Positions 28,700-41,049 are shown, numbered from the stretch's first letter. The stretch is DNA of 64,000 nucleotides from Isurus oxyrinchus (GCA_026770705.1 JANJGN010000049.1:2914001-2978000), one strand, 5' to 3'. Numbers and translations: made by a program. The notes: a model not told the origin generated them from the sequence alone.

Positions 28700-31694
28700 C
28701 ATGCCTGAAGACGGAAAGCATTGAAGTCAGAAACAAGGGTTTTTTTCAAGACTGGCATTGCCTGTTATATCTGCTTACGTTGTAGCTGATCAAAACATCC
28801 TTGCTACATTATCCATTGAGGTGCAATGTGATATCCTCCGCCTGCAGGAGACACATACAGGGAGCGAGAACAACTGCCCAAAAATAACAGGAATGTTCCT
28901 GGTTAATGAAAGACCTCATCGACAATATGGCAGTACTGTATTTGTTAGAGCTGGTTCAGTTGTAGAAACCACTTCGAAAACAGAGGAGGACAGCATCGAA
29001 ATTATAACTGTAGAGCTGAGCAAAGTAGTAGTGACCTCAGTGTACAAGCCACCTGGCACAGATATCAGCTTCTCTAACCCTTTACCCAACTGCACAGTAA
29101 TCCACAGATCATCATTGGAGACTTTAATAGCTACAGTACCCAATGGGGGTACAAGGGGTCTAATAGCGATGGAGAAGCAGTAGAAGAACGGATGGACGCT
29201 AACCAGCTTAGCATGATCCTCGATCCGGAAGTACTCGCCCTTTTCCACTGTGCCCGCTGGAAGTGTAGTTATAACCCAGATCTTGCCATTGTCAGCAACG
29301 ACATTGCTGACATCTGCAAGAAGCTTGTCACAGAGACAAAACCACAGACACAACACCGGCCTATTGGTATCTAGGTAATTGCAGCAGTGTTATCAACTGT
29401 CGTACAATTCAAAAGGTGCTTCAGCTTCAAGAAGGCCGATTGGAACGGCTTCATACGAGCACTTGACTGTAAGGTTAACGCATTAAACCATTATCTGAGC
29501 ACTACAACCTGTTTGCAAAAGCTGTTCAGAAAGCAACTAGAAGGAATATCCTCCGAGGTTGTAGAGCACACTACATCTCTGGTCTCACCAAGGAGAATGC
29601 TGAACTCTACTGGGAGTATGCCTCAATGTTTGAATCTGACCCCTTCTCAGAGGATTCAATACCTACCGGTGAGAGGGTAATATTAAGTATCTCCCAAGAG
29701 CGTCAAACCATCTGGGACACCTTGATAGAGACAACAGTTCTTAGAAAAAAACAGCAAGAAGGCATGGTCTCTCATATGCAAACTTGGAGGCAATCCCAAG
29801 AAAGCTGCTCAACATCCAAATGTGCCTGCAAACCAAGTTGCACACCAATTGCTCCTAAATGGAAAAATCAACAAGAAACAACCAAAAGCACAACTAGATA
29901 GGAAGAAGGACAGCAATGACCCTGGATTCACTGGACCATTCACCAAAATGGAACCATTCACCACGCTGTAAAATGGTATATCTACTCTACAACAGGGGAA
30001 AGCAATTGGTCTTGACAACATAGCAATGGAGCAGATAAAGCATTTTGTACAGGAAGCAAAGAAATGACTCCTACAATTGTTTAACCACTGCCTGGCAACA
30101 CACAAGCTACCTAATATTTGACAGAAGGCACATGTAATAGCACTATTAAAGCCCGTAAAAGATCCCTCAGATCCTAAGAATTCTTGGCCAATCTCACTGT
30201 TTTGCCACACCAATAAGCTGTTTGAAAGCCTGATACTCAATAGGATAGCGCCAACTGTAGATGAGAAGATGATTCCAGAGCAAGCAGGTTTCCACCCCGG
30301 CAAATCAACGAGTCAACTGCTCAACCTCACACAGCATATCTAAGATGGTTTTGAGCAAGGGCTGGTAACAGGTGCTGTTTTTGTAGACCTGTCAGCAGCA
30401 TACGATGCAGTGAACCATAGACGTCTCCTCTGCAAGATCCTAGAGATGACAAAAGATATTCACTTATCAGAGCTGTTAGAACGCATGCTTCAGAATCGCT
30501 GGTTCGATGTTGAACTAGGTGGGAAACGCAGCAGATGGCATATTCAGAAGATTGGTCTCCCTCAGGGAAGCGTGCTTGCACCACTGCTGTACAACATCTC
30601 GAATGACCCACCTATAGACGGTGTAACACACCGTTTCATATATGGTAATGATTTATGTGTCACTGCCCAAAGCACTGTTTTAAGACCGTGGAAAAATCGC
30701 TTTCTGTGGCCTTGGAGGGACGAACATCCTACTATGAAGAAAACCAACTTTGCGCAAACCCTTCAAAGACGCAAGTTTGTGCATTCCACCTCAAAAACCG
30801 TGAAGCCAAATGTCAGCTTAAAGTAACCTGATGTGGAGCAATACTGACGCATTTCGAGCACCCAATTTACTTAGGAGTCACCCTTTACAGGTGCCTCACC
30901 TTCAAGCACCACATCGAAAAGACAAAGGCAAAAGTGAGCACATGAAACAACATTCTGAACAAGCTCACTATCACAAAATGGGGAGCAAGCACGAAAACAT
31001 TGCGAACCAGTACACTTATTCTTTGCTATTCTACTGCTAAATACACCTACCCTGCATGGGAAATATCTACTCATGCTAAGAAGATGGATGCCGTTCTGAA
31101 TGCAAGCTGCCGACGTATCACAGGTTGTATAAAATCAACAAACACCAACAGCCTATATATCCTGGCCGGTATCCCCCCCACTCATATAAGAAGAAAGAAA
31201 GAAAGCAAGAAAGAGCGACTTCGTCAAACATCAGAAGAGAGGCACCCTCTACATGGTCATACACCTACAACCAGCCACCTAAAGTCAAGGAAGAGCTTCA
31301 TGAACAGTATTGTTCCATTACAATCAATCCGACCTGAAGCCCGCATCACCTTGTGGAAACATCGACACTCCAGTCTCGAACAACCCCCAGCGATGGAAAT
31401 TGTACCGGATGAAAGCCTTCCGCAAGGGGCTAACTGCAATAGGGCAACCTGGAAGTGCCTTAATAGGCTTAGGACTGGCGTAGGTCGTTCAAAGGCAAAT
31501 GGGGATATACAGCCAGCTCGACAACTTGTGAATGTGGAACTGAACCACAGACTGTGCAACATCTCCTGCAATACCTACCGCTACGGGAACCCTGCACTGT
31601 TACAGAGCTTGCCGAATTCAACAACAGGCACAAAAATGTGTCCAGATCTGGCTGGGCCATGCACAGACTGTCCGTAGACACAATAAGTAGAAGT
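28700..31694 (+). mobile_element. Near full-length decayed Vingi/Ingi-like non-LTR retrotransposon (APE endonuclease + RT)
   Basis: LQETH, TSVYKPPG and IIGDFN (APE); QAGF, VDLSAAYD, GLPQGSVLAP and FIYGND (RT, YADD degraded); RTSTLILCYS..P.W..S.H, WKCLNRLRTGVGR; 3' tail gacacaataagtagaag. Multiple stops and frameshifts. Clade assignment is from motif recall. Confidence 0.8.
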
Positions 31695-31849
31695 CACACA
31701 GAAACAAAAGACATAAACTAGCCATTCTCCCCACGTGCGTCCAATGTGTTTCATGAACTTACGAGCATACGAAATAGGAACATGATTAGGCCACTCGGCC
31801 TCTGGACACCTGAAAGCATCAGTTATGTTTCAACCAACTGACCTCTTGC

Positions 31850-33120
31850 TCTTAACATGTAGCCGGGTAGATGCCAGAGTGTAGCAATATGGAACTAGTT
31901 GACTCGGGGCGGGGCAAGTTCTGGAGCACAAGTCTGGCTGAGGATGGTTGCAAAATTTTCAGCATTGTCTTTAACACTGATGTGCTGGGTTCTCCCATCA
32001 TCAAGGATGGGGATACTTGTGGTGCCTCCTTCAGATAGTTATTTAATGGTCCAGTACCATTCACAACTGGATGTGCAGGACTGTGCAGTATTTTCTACTG
32101 CTAAACCTGTCATGCACAGATGCAGCTGGGAGACATATGTTTGTAAGGGCGAAGTAAAATAATTCCTTCAGCATCTGCTGCAGACCCAATAGAGCAATTA
32201 TATCCTTTAGCACTCTGCCAGTCCGGTCAATATTGGTGCTACAGAGACATTATTGGTGTTGAACACTGAAGTCCCCAACGCAGTCAATTATGTTCTCTTT
32301 CCACCCTCAGTGCATCTTGCAAGTAATGTTCAACATTGAGTAGTACAAAATGATCAGCTGAGGGGTTGGGAAGTGTGAGGGTGTTGGGTTGGTGGTAATC
32401 AAAAGGAGTTTTACTTGAACATGTTTGGCCTGGTGCCATGAGACTTCATGGGGCCCGGAGCCGATGTTGATGTTTCCCAGGGAAAGTCCCACGTGACTGT
32501 TTAGCACCGGGCAGCCACCTCTGGCAAGTCTGTCCTGTCGGTGATACAAGACATACACAGGGATGGTGTTGGTGCTGCCTGCAACAAGATGTGAAGTGTG
32601 GTCAGTGAAGATCAGTATGCCAGCAATATGTTCCTTGGCCGGCCTGTGGGACAGCTCTCCCAAATTTGTTACAAGCCCCATATATATATATGGACGACTT
32701 TGCAGCGCCGGCAGGGCTGGTTATGTTGTTGTTCTTTCTGGTTCGCAAGTCGATGCAAGGTTGTCCGTCTGAGTTCAGTCATTATAGACTTTCTAGCTGT
32801 TCTGATACAGCTAAGTGAATTGATGAATTATTTCAGAGCGCGTTTAAAAGACAACCCCATTGTTATGGGTCGGGAGTCACATGTACTTCAGATCAAGGAG
32901 CGGCGGCAGATTGCGTTTCATAAAGGACATTTGTGATCTAGATGGGTTGTTTTAAAAGGCAAACAGCAACAGTGCCTTGATGACCATGTGGTTAGCTTTT
33001 CCTTCCAGATTTATTAATTGCATGAAAATTCCACTAGAACTCTTGATGAGATTTCAATTCGTGTCCTGCGTATATTTGCTTTGGTCTTTGGATTAGTAGT
33101 TCAATGACATTATCAATACT
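31850..33120 (-). mobile_element. CR1-group LINE fragments (endonuclease region)
   Basis: YVLYHRQDRLARGG...SGPHEVSWHQ in ORF 32307..32681(-). Confidence 0.6.
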
Positions 33121-34607
33121 CTTCCAACACCTGCGTGGTGAAAGCTGGGTCTTCGGGGCTGTCAGCTGCATGTTCCATGGATCAGCTTTTGGAAAACAAA
33201 TGCAAGGCGCCAGAATGACTTCATGCTCACACGTGGTCTCCAAGGAGAAAACCGTTTCTTTCCATATAATCTCGGCATGGAAACCGTTGACCAGTGTCAC
33301 AACCTTCCTTATTTCAGCGGACACACCAACATTCCTCCCTCTGCCAATGCTCCAAAGTGGTAAGTGCTACACGCAGGACCTCAAAACAACCAGCGGCCCT
33401 CATATGTACCTCTTTCCCTAAGCAAAATGGTGCCCCTCACAACATCCAGCCCAAGCGCCGAAATCCAGCCTCTGTCCGGCCAAATGTTCTGCAGTCTTAA
33501 AGATTGGGCAGCTCAAGAATCTGCTTCATCATGAAGATCAGGATAGTCATGTTGTTCTCACCTGCACTGGGTATCCACTGCTCCCGGCTGTCATGTCTCA
33601 TTTTCTCTTGCAGAGGAAAGGACAGATGGTATGTGAGACGGAAATTTATATTTCATTTATGTACTCAACATGCCGGCCTGTAGATCTAAACTTTTTTTTT
33701 TATTATCACGTCCTTTCATCTTAAAGTCCTTTTCCTCCCTGAAGCAACACCAGGTGGCTTGGCTGCTTAGTGAACACTTCTGAATTGTTTAAATCTGAAC
33801 CCAGAACACAGTCGCCACCCATTGACCAGGACCACCAATTCCTGATATGTGTGCTCAAATCAGGAAGAAAATGCTAGCCAGGGGCTTTAACTGAATGTAT
33901 AAGCTCATTCAGGACCTTACAGAAATGCTGACCTCCTGTCCGAACTCCATCCAGCCTTGCATGATCTTATGGCGAGGCTATCTTTTTTTAATATTCTTTC
34001 ATGGGATGTGGGTGTCGCCGGCTAGGCCAGCATTTACTGCTCATACGTAATTGTCATTGTTCAGAAAGCATTTAAGAATCAACGACATTACTGGTGGGCC
34101 TGAGCCAGGAGTCATCCGTAGGCCAAGCACGAGCTAAGGGCGGCCGATTTCCTTCCCTAAAGGACATTAGTAAACCAGATAGGATTTTACAACATCATCA
34201 GCCTTTTAATTTCAGATCTTTATCGAATTCAAATTTCACTGTCTGTCAGGGTGGGTGCGGACCTGGTTCCCGCGTCCCAACAGCATTAACTTGGGTCTCT
34301 GAAACACGAGCACAGAGACAATGCCACAGCAACACGGCCTCCCTGTGCTGGGTCTTCATGGAGATCCGGTATTTAAAAAAAAACTGTAACATGATGGAAA
34401 CACTCAGATGGTCTGAAAACATCTCTACTGAGAATTTCAAGTAACTTGCACTTTATTGCTGAAAAGCACAATCTCTCTGACGTGGGATCAACCATTCTGC
34501 CAATAACGGTGAGGAGTTAGACCTGCCCACGCTCAAATTAAAGGCAGTGAATAGAGCATTTTCAACACAGAATGTCAGCGTGTGGATCTTGGGCTGTATC
34601 TGAGACG

Positions 34608-35010
34608 TAATGTAACCACACTGAACTGAAAGTGTAAACGCTGATTAGAATCATGTTCATCTGGACTTGTCAACACTGAATGTAACCGTGCTGAACTGGA
34701 GCAGTCCAAGCTCAATGCAGCCGAGCTGAACTGGAGCAGGACACCATGAATGCGACAGTCCTGAACTGAGCCACGGCAGAAGAATATAAACGCGCTGAAC
34801 TGGGCCGGGACACAATGAATATTACTGCTCTGAACTGAAGTGGACTCGTCATTACTGAATGCAAATTTACTGACTTGGAGCTGTCCAGGAGAAATATGCC
34901 AATGGCGAACTGGACAATTCTACACTGAATATAATTATCCTGAGCTGAAACTCGACCTTTCCGTTTTAAATATAACCATACTGAATTAAACATAGTTATG
35001 CTAAAGCTGA
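34608..35010 (+). repeat. ~35-bp degenerate minisatellite upstream of intact GPCR
   Basis: CTGAAC-type anchors at 34621, 34691, 34726, 34761, 34795, 34830, 34870, ~34905, 34940 and 34981; unit ~ctgaatgtaaccgtgctgaactggagcagtccaa. Confidence 0.8.
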
Positions 35011-35397
35011 TGCACAATAATTGCTTTCCATATGTGCGGTGATCACACGGACTGAAAAAATGATTTGGTTGGGGTTTTGACTGTGTTAATTTTTCGGACT
35101 GGAATATCTCTGATCAGTTCTCTTTTGTGCTGAGACCGCGTCACTCAGCACTAAGGAGCTTGAACCCGCTAATTCATAATGTCCAACGTTCACTTTAATC
35201 ATTGCAACTGCTTTTAAAGCTTTTTATTACCGTTCATGGACAAATAAACATGACATCGTTAGAAAGCCTCAGCTATTTCAGTATTAAACTGATCTCTTAA
35301 AAAAAATCATCCCATCAAAAGACAAGCATACACCTGGTAACAGCTGCAATTATATATTCTTTTCAATCAATATAATTAATTAAAAATAATAATGCAT

Positions 35398-35434
35398 CTA
35401 ATTATGTCCCTGGAGCCTGGCATTTAGCATAAAT
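35398..35434 (+). promoter_or_regulatory. Proximal promoter: homeodomain site + O/E(EBF)-like site + TATA-like box
   Basis: TAATTA 35399-35404, TCCCTGGAG 35407-35415, CATAAAT 35428-35434; similar arrangement in paralogues. Confidence 0.55.
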
Positions 35435-35484
35435 GTGACAGTTTTGCAGAATAGTAGAGAATGCGCTCGAAACTTCTGTCAGAA

Positions 35485-35554
35485 ATGCACGGAGCACCAA
35501 AAGGTCTGGCTTTTGCCATTTTCTATCCTTTCCTGGCAGCTGTCGGGATTCCAG
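35485..35554 (+). CDS. Exon 1 of intact GPR139-like class A GPCR (copy 3)
   Basis: MHGAPKGLAFAIFYPFLAAVGIP+G, donor gtgaag at 35555. Homologous 70-nt exons occur in three paralogues. The in-frame upstream ATG at 35461 is not conserved in copy 4. Confidence 0.85.
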
Positions 35555-36569
35555 GTGAAGTATTGTTGGCAGTTACTACCTTACCGTATCACTGAATAGC
35601 TATTTTAATGGTTCCATCCAGCAGCAACTCTTCCTCCATGGTACAATATGCTTCCTCCATTTAAAGTGATAATTTACCTGTCTTTTATTTACTTTTTAAC
35701 TGAGCACTTTCTCTCCTTATAGCGGGCATAATTGGGCTTAATTTAAAGTATAATTTTAACACTTTAAATATTAATGCTAACTTTCTCAATGTTAACGCTA
35801 TAATTAATTTCTTTTGATGACACGATTTCTCACCTTTAACGGTGTCCTTTCAAACAATTCACCAACATGTTTTTCTTCACCCTACTGGTGTAACATTTTC
35901 CTTTGTAATATTATACTGTCATTCTTAACCAATACCACTCCGCCCCTTTAATTATACAATTCCTACTATTACCATTGCATCACACGTGTAAATATATTTT
36001 CTTGCGTTATTGGCATTGTTGCTGTGGGTAAAGTGTCACATTATTAACCAAATGTAAGCGTAGTTTGATTATGTTATTAGCATTGTTAGTTTTGGTGGAT
36101 TAACACATGGTTATCTCGGTGTACAAATAGCTCTCAAGCGTCTTTTTTTGTATCGACAATAATTAATATCCACAAATACATTTCTGATTTAAATTGTTTA
36201 ACCATTAAATTATTCTCGGTTGAATTTTAGGCATGAATTTATTAACAGAACATTATTCGATATCGATGTTTAACAGAAATCTAAGCTATGTGACAATTAT
36301 CCATTTTCTCAGTCAGTCTGTGTTGTTTTCCCAATCTCACAGTCGCTGTGCTTTTGCTCCCAGTTTCTAACATTCAATAGTTAAGGCCAGCTCTTGCTTT
36401 CCGCATTACTGCTGCTGAATGTTCCAAAATGAGCCCTGCTGGATTCTAGTGTTCTTTCTGTTCCTGACACCAGGAAAGTTCCGGGAATATATCCGTTTCA
36501 CTATTTCATCAACATTACGTGGGGTTGTTTGAATTTCAGCATCTCTCTTATCCGAGTTAAAAAATATTA

Positions 36570-36805
36570 AAGACAAAATGTGCTGGAAAAAGCTCAGCGG
36601 CTGTGGCAGCATGTGTTGAGAGAGAAAGAGGCTTAATATTTCGAGTCTGTATGACTCTTCTTCGGAACAGCAGTCCTATTGAACTCGAAGCCCTAGCTCT
36701 ACTTATCTCTCCACACTTGCTGCCAGGCCGGCTGAGTTTTTCCCAGCATTCCTTTTTTTCCCTTTTAATTCAGATCTCCAATGTCCGCAGCATTTTGTTT
36801 TTTTT
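36570..36805. mobile_element. Palindromic Penelope-type repeat (intronic)
   Basis: Arms tgctggaaaaagctcagc...ggcagc and gctgcc...gctgagtttttcccagca are inverted. Confidence 0.7.
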
Positions 36806-37806
36806 TAAATTAGTATTATATTCAATACCCACTCTCTGTGAAGCTGAACATTAATCCACGGAACATAAGCCAGGATGATGCATTATAGGAAGAGCTTTTC
36901 TCTGATTAAGATCCCCTCTTTTGCCACTCCATTTGGTTCAAATCGAACTGGCGATTCTTTATTCTGTCATAGAGTGTGGTGGAATTGGCAAGGAAAGTGT
37001 TTCTTCTCTATCCCTAATTATCCTTGAACCAATTGGCTTATCAGACCATCATATAGGGCAGTCAATCGCATTGCGGTGAGTCTGCAGTCACATGTGCAGA
37101 CCAAACCAAGTAATGGTAGATGCCATTCTAGTGATCCCAATGAGGTTGTATGATAAACAACAATAATTATTGCATCATTATCGGAAGTAGCTTTCAATTA
37201 CAGATTTCTTATTTAATTAATTCTTCCCGGATTATTTGCCCAGTGATATAATTACTTTGCCACTATCTGCTGGTTGACTACATAAGCAGGCGGCCGGTGA
37301 TTTAACTTGTCTTCGCCAACATGCCCTCGCAAATTAGGGATACGATAATTGTACGTTCACTTCTCGGTGATGCTTTCGAACATGATTATTGCCGTGGATT
37401 CGAGATGTGAGTATTTTTACATATGTTGATCGGACGAGGACGCTCTAGGCCCTTAGTGGGATGTGACCTTTGAGAAGTGCATGTTTTTGTATGTCTTTGA
37501 TTGAACTAACTTCCGATGGCTCCTTGTTTTCCATTATCTTCCATTTTATTATTGTTCACTCTGATGTCTTTACGCCACCTTATTGTGAATAAGGATGATA
37601 ATTTTACTTGCAGAAACAGTGCCCGGAGAAGGAGCCGTAGTTTCCAACTCAATATCACGGATAAAGATACAGATATCAATGAAATTGCTGCAACGCCAAT
37701 GGTTTTGTTTGATGTCGGTTTAATAACGTTTCCTTCCTCGCTGTGTCACACACATACGTTCTCCAAATTTCTTCATTCTCTCTCTGCCTCTCTGTCTGTG
37801 TTCCAG

Positions 37807-38717
37807 CTAATTTGGTGGCCATTGCTATTCTCTCCCGAGGAAGGTGTGGTCTTTCCAGGTGCATCACTCGGTACCTGGTAGTCATGGCAATGGCGGATCT
37901 CCTGGTCATTATTACCGGCGTGATCTTAAACAGGATTGTTGGCATCTATTTCCCAGTGAGTTTCTTGTCCATCACGCCGTTATGCAGCCTTCGCGCCGTA
38001 CTGAACTCTGCAACATTTGGCACTTCTGCCTGGTTAACAGTCGCTTTTACCTTTGATCGATTTGTGGCCATTTGCTGCCAAAAGCTGAAAATAAAATATT
38101 GCACAGAGAAGACGGCGACGTACGTTATATGTGTAGTTTGTACAGTGAATTGTTTCAAATCTTCGTTCTTGTATTTTATATATGAGCCCATGTACATAAG
38201 TAACAATATTCCCTGGTTCTGCAGCGTAGAAATTGCTTTTTATACATCACCTGCATGGGCTGCATATGACCTGATTCTTCACATTTTAATGCCTTGTCTC
38301 GCATTCATTCTAATCTTACTGCTCAATGCTCAGACCGTCAAACGCATTCTAGAGGCCAGTAGAGCCCGCAGGAGACTCCGGACCCAGAGAGATGGAGAGA
38401 ATCAGAGTGACCCAGAAATGGAGAACAGGAGAAGGTCCATCGTCTTACTATTCTGTATCTCGGGCAGCTTCATCCTGTTGTGGATTTGGTTTCTAATTAA
38501 TTGTCTCTATGTCAGAATTGCGAGAGTCACGTATTTCTCTGGTTCAGATTTCAATGGGCTAAATTTTATTCTGGAGGAAACCGGAATAATGCTTCAGCTT
38601 TTGAGTTCCTGCATCAACCCGTTTATTTATGCAGGGACCCAGAGTAAGTTCAGGGAGGATTTAAAGAATGCGCTGAAATTACCATGGATTCGCATTGTAA
38701 AATTTATTCAACAATAG
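37807..38717 (+). CDS. Exon 2 of intact GPR139/GPR142-like class A GPCR (326 aa spliced)
   Basis: Polypyrimidine tract + ttccag acceptor; the phase-1 splice gives P-A-N-L. Seven hydrophobic segments in the spliced protein, with ADLL, TSAWLTVAFTFDRFVAIC and MLQLLSSCINPFIY. Open to TAG; resembles GPR139 (GLPANILT, TSIWITVPLTIDRY). Confidence 0.92.
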
Positions 38718-39289
38718 CAACATGTGCACGTGTGTTTAATTACAGCCTATATCACCTTTCATTGGGACCATCCTGTTCTGCCGGCGGTGGGTCAGGCCGT
38801 GTGCAGATCCACAAGCCACGATATCAAGGACCGTTTTAACAAGCTTGAAAAAAGCTTGAGCCATGATGTGCAGTAAATTAAATTTCGTACTTAATTGAAG
38901 GGCGTTATTTCATTCGTGTCGCTGTTTATCGTTTGAGTAAAATATTACCATTAAAATGACAACACTATGTCGTCTCATCGTTCTCCATTGCTCTAACCGC
39001 ACATCTAGTTCAAGTGTCCATGAAGGGGATAGAGAGGCCCTGTTTAGGGCATTGTGTGCACCCTTGCTCCATACTCTCAGAGAAAGTACCGCGAGAGGAG
39101 CCTTTGGAATCTGGGATCCTATGAAATAGAGGATAACAAGGGCAAGAAGAGACCATTCAACCCCTCCAGGCAATTTCACCATTCATGCATATCGTGACTG
39201 ACCTGCGTCTAAACCAGTTTCTCATTTGTGCTTAGGATCACTTAATATCCAACACTATATACTAATCCATAGATTTGAAGGAGAGGCTA

Positions 39290-39450
39290 TCTGCCTCTCA
39301 CTCATAGTTTCTCTCTCATTTTGTACTCTCGCTGTCTCCGTCTTTACCATCTTTAGTCCTCTCTGCCGATCCTTCTCGTTTATCTCACGTTTGGTTTCTG
39401 TGGCCGTCTCTCTCTCTCTCTCTCCCTCTCTTTCTGTCTCTTGACCTCTA
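39290..39450 (+). repeat. CT-rich microsatellite
   Basis: (CT)n runs at ~39405-39440. Confidence 0.75.
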
Positions 39451-39749
39451 AGACAAACGCAATCATTCTGTTTTTCATTCCTTATCCATTTCAAATTGTG
39501 TTTCCATCTCTGGTTAAGTCCCTTTCTCTCGTATTCTTTAAATGAAGCTAAAATCAATACTTAACTTCGGAGACAAAATAGCTTCCACTCCAATGTCAAC
39601 ACAACACCGAAGAATCAATTGAGTTCAGATCTAGGTCTTCGTGGAGGACACAACGGAACCAGCGTTGCGAATGTTTGTTTTCATTTGTGTCAACGAAGCT
39701 GCCGCTCCATACGCACAACATTTAACAGAATGGAATGAAATCGGGCTTC

Positions 39750-40262
39750 CGTTTTATGAGCAAAGTTTGGGCAGACTAGGTTTGTACCCGCTGGAGCTCA
39801 GAAGAGTAAGAGGCTACTTGATTGGAACATATATGGTTCTGAGGAATGTACGTGTACGTGGAAAGTTTGTGAGAGAATCTAGAACTTGGAGCCACCATTG
39901 TAAATTAGGCGGTCACCCATTTCTGTGGGAAATGAGTTTTGTTTTTCTCGCAGAGGATTGTGAGTCTTTGGAACAATTTCCCATAAAAGACGGTGTAAAC
40001 AGAGTCTTTGAAATGCTTCAAGGCGGAGATAGATATATTCTAGATGAACAAGGGCTGAAAAGTTGCCGCGGGGAGGCTATAGTAAGAAACAATAGCAGAA
40101 AATGTTGGAAAAACTCAGCGTTTCAGATTTCAACCATACGCATTATATTGCTTCTCTCTTGGGCTACAGTCAAGCCAGGTATGATATCGTTGAATCGTGG
40201 AGCAGGCCGGAGGGGCCGAGTGGCCGACTGCTGCTCCTAACTCGGATGTGCATATGTTCTTA
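39750..40262 (+). mobile_element. CR1 3' end fragment with a small Penelope-type insert (~40085-40135)
   Basis: LGRLGLYPLELRRVRGYLI...SRTWSH; tail gaggggccgagtggccgactgctgctcct. Confidence 0.75.
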
Positions 40263-41049
40263 TGTTTTACCGAGGTGTCGGCTAAATGCTTTAAATTCAA
40301 ATTTCAAATGCAATATCTTCCCTTCTTGAGATATAATTTTCCTTAAGGATGTCAGTTTCGCTTAAAGCAGTGCTAGGCAAAGGCTAACTGCCGTAGAGCT
40401 GATCTTCTGATTTAGCCGGGTCTGTAAAAATGCCACAGCGTAAACCTAAATTTAATTTTGAAATTTTGAATAAATTAATTCCAATTTATTTTCACTGATT
40501 TAATACGGGATTTATACTGTTGGAAGCCGACGTTCTTATGAAAAATCTGAATTGATTTCCAAAATGAAGTTCAAAGTTTGAAATTCGGATCTGGAAGCTA
40601 ATAATCTCTGGATTTCCCGAAGCGCCATATACTGGCGAGATTAAGCAGCGTTCAATGCGTGGCTTCAGGATTGCGGCAGAAGGGACGGCTTCCAATTACG
40701 ATCAATTCTGAAGGAAGAGCCACCGATACAAAATAGACGGATTCCACCTGAACAGGACTGGGGCTCATATACTCTTCGGAAGGTTCACTGCTTCAGTTGG
40801 GTAGCGGGGAGGGGGGAAGTTAAATTAATTTAGCAATGACTGGCCACTATCCCATAGAAGTAATGAATCAGAAATAGCATCCATGCAATGTTAGCGTTTT
40901 ATTGGACGGGAAAAGGAAATAATATCAGTTAGATCGGGAGCAGAGAAAAAAAGGACTCCGCGGAATACGAGTAAAGGTTTAGCACCCACGTTTGTCATTG
41001 CACAATTCGAGGTGGATAATCTTGCTGAGTTACAAACACAAACAGCCAC

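Noticed and set aside
34608-35010. CRISPR-like periodicity (~35 nt)
   Set aside because: Whole units are degenerate tandem copies with no unique spacers or cas genes, in a vertebrate context.
37743-37806. ORF-track N-terminus MSHTYVLQISSFSLCLSVCVP of the 324-aa ORF
   Set aside because: Non-ATG start inside the polypyrimidine tract; the real N-terminus is exon 1 at 35485-35554.
39641-40240. 199-aa ORF
   Set aside because: Chance read-through of a CR1 3' fragment plus an inserted repeat.
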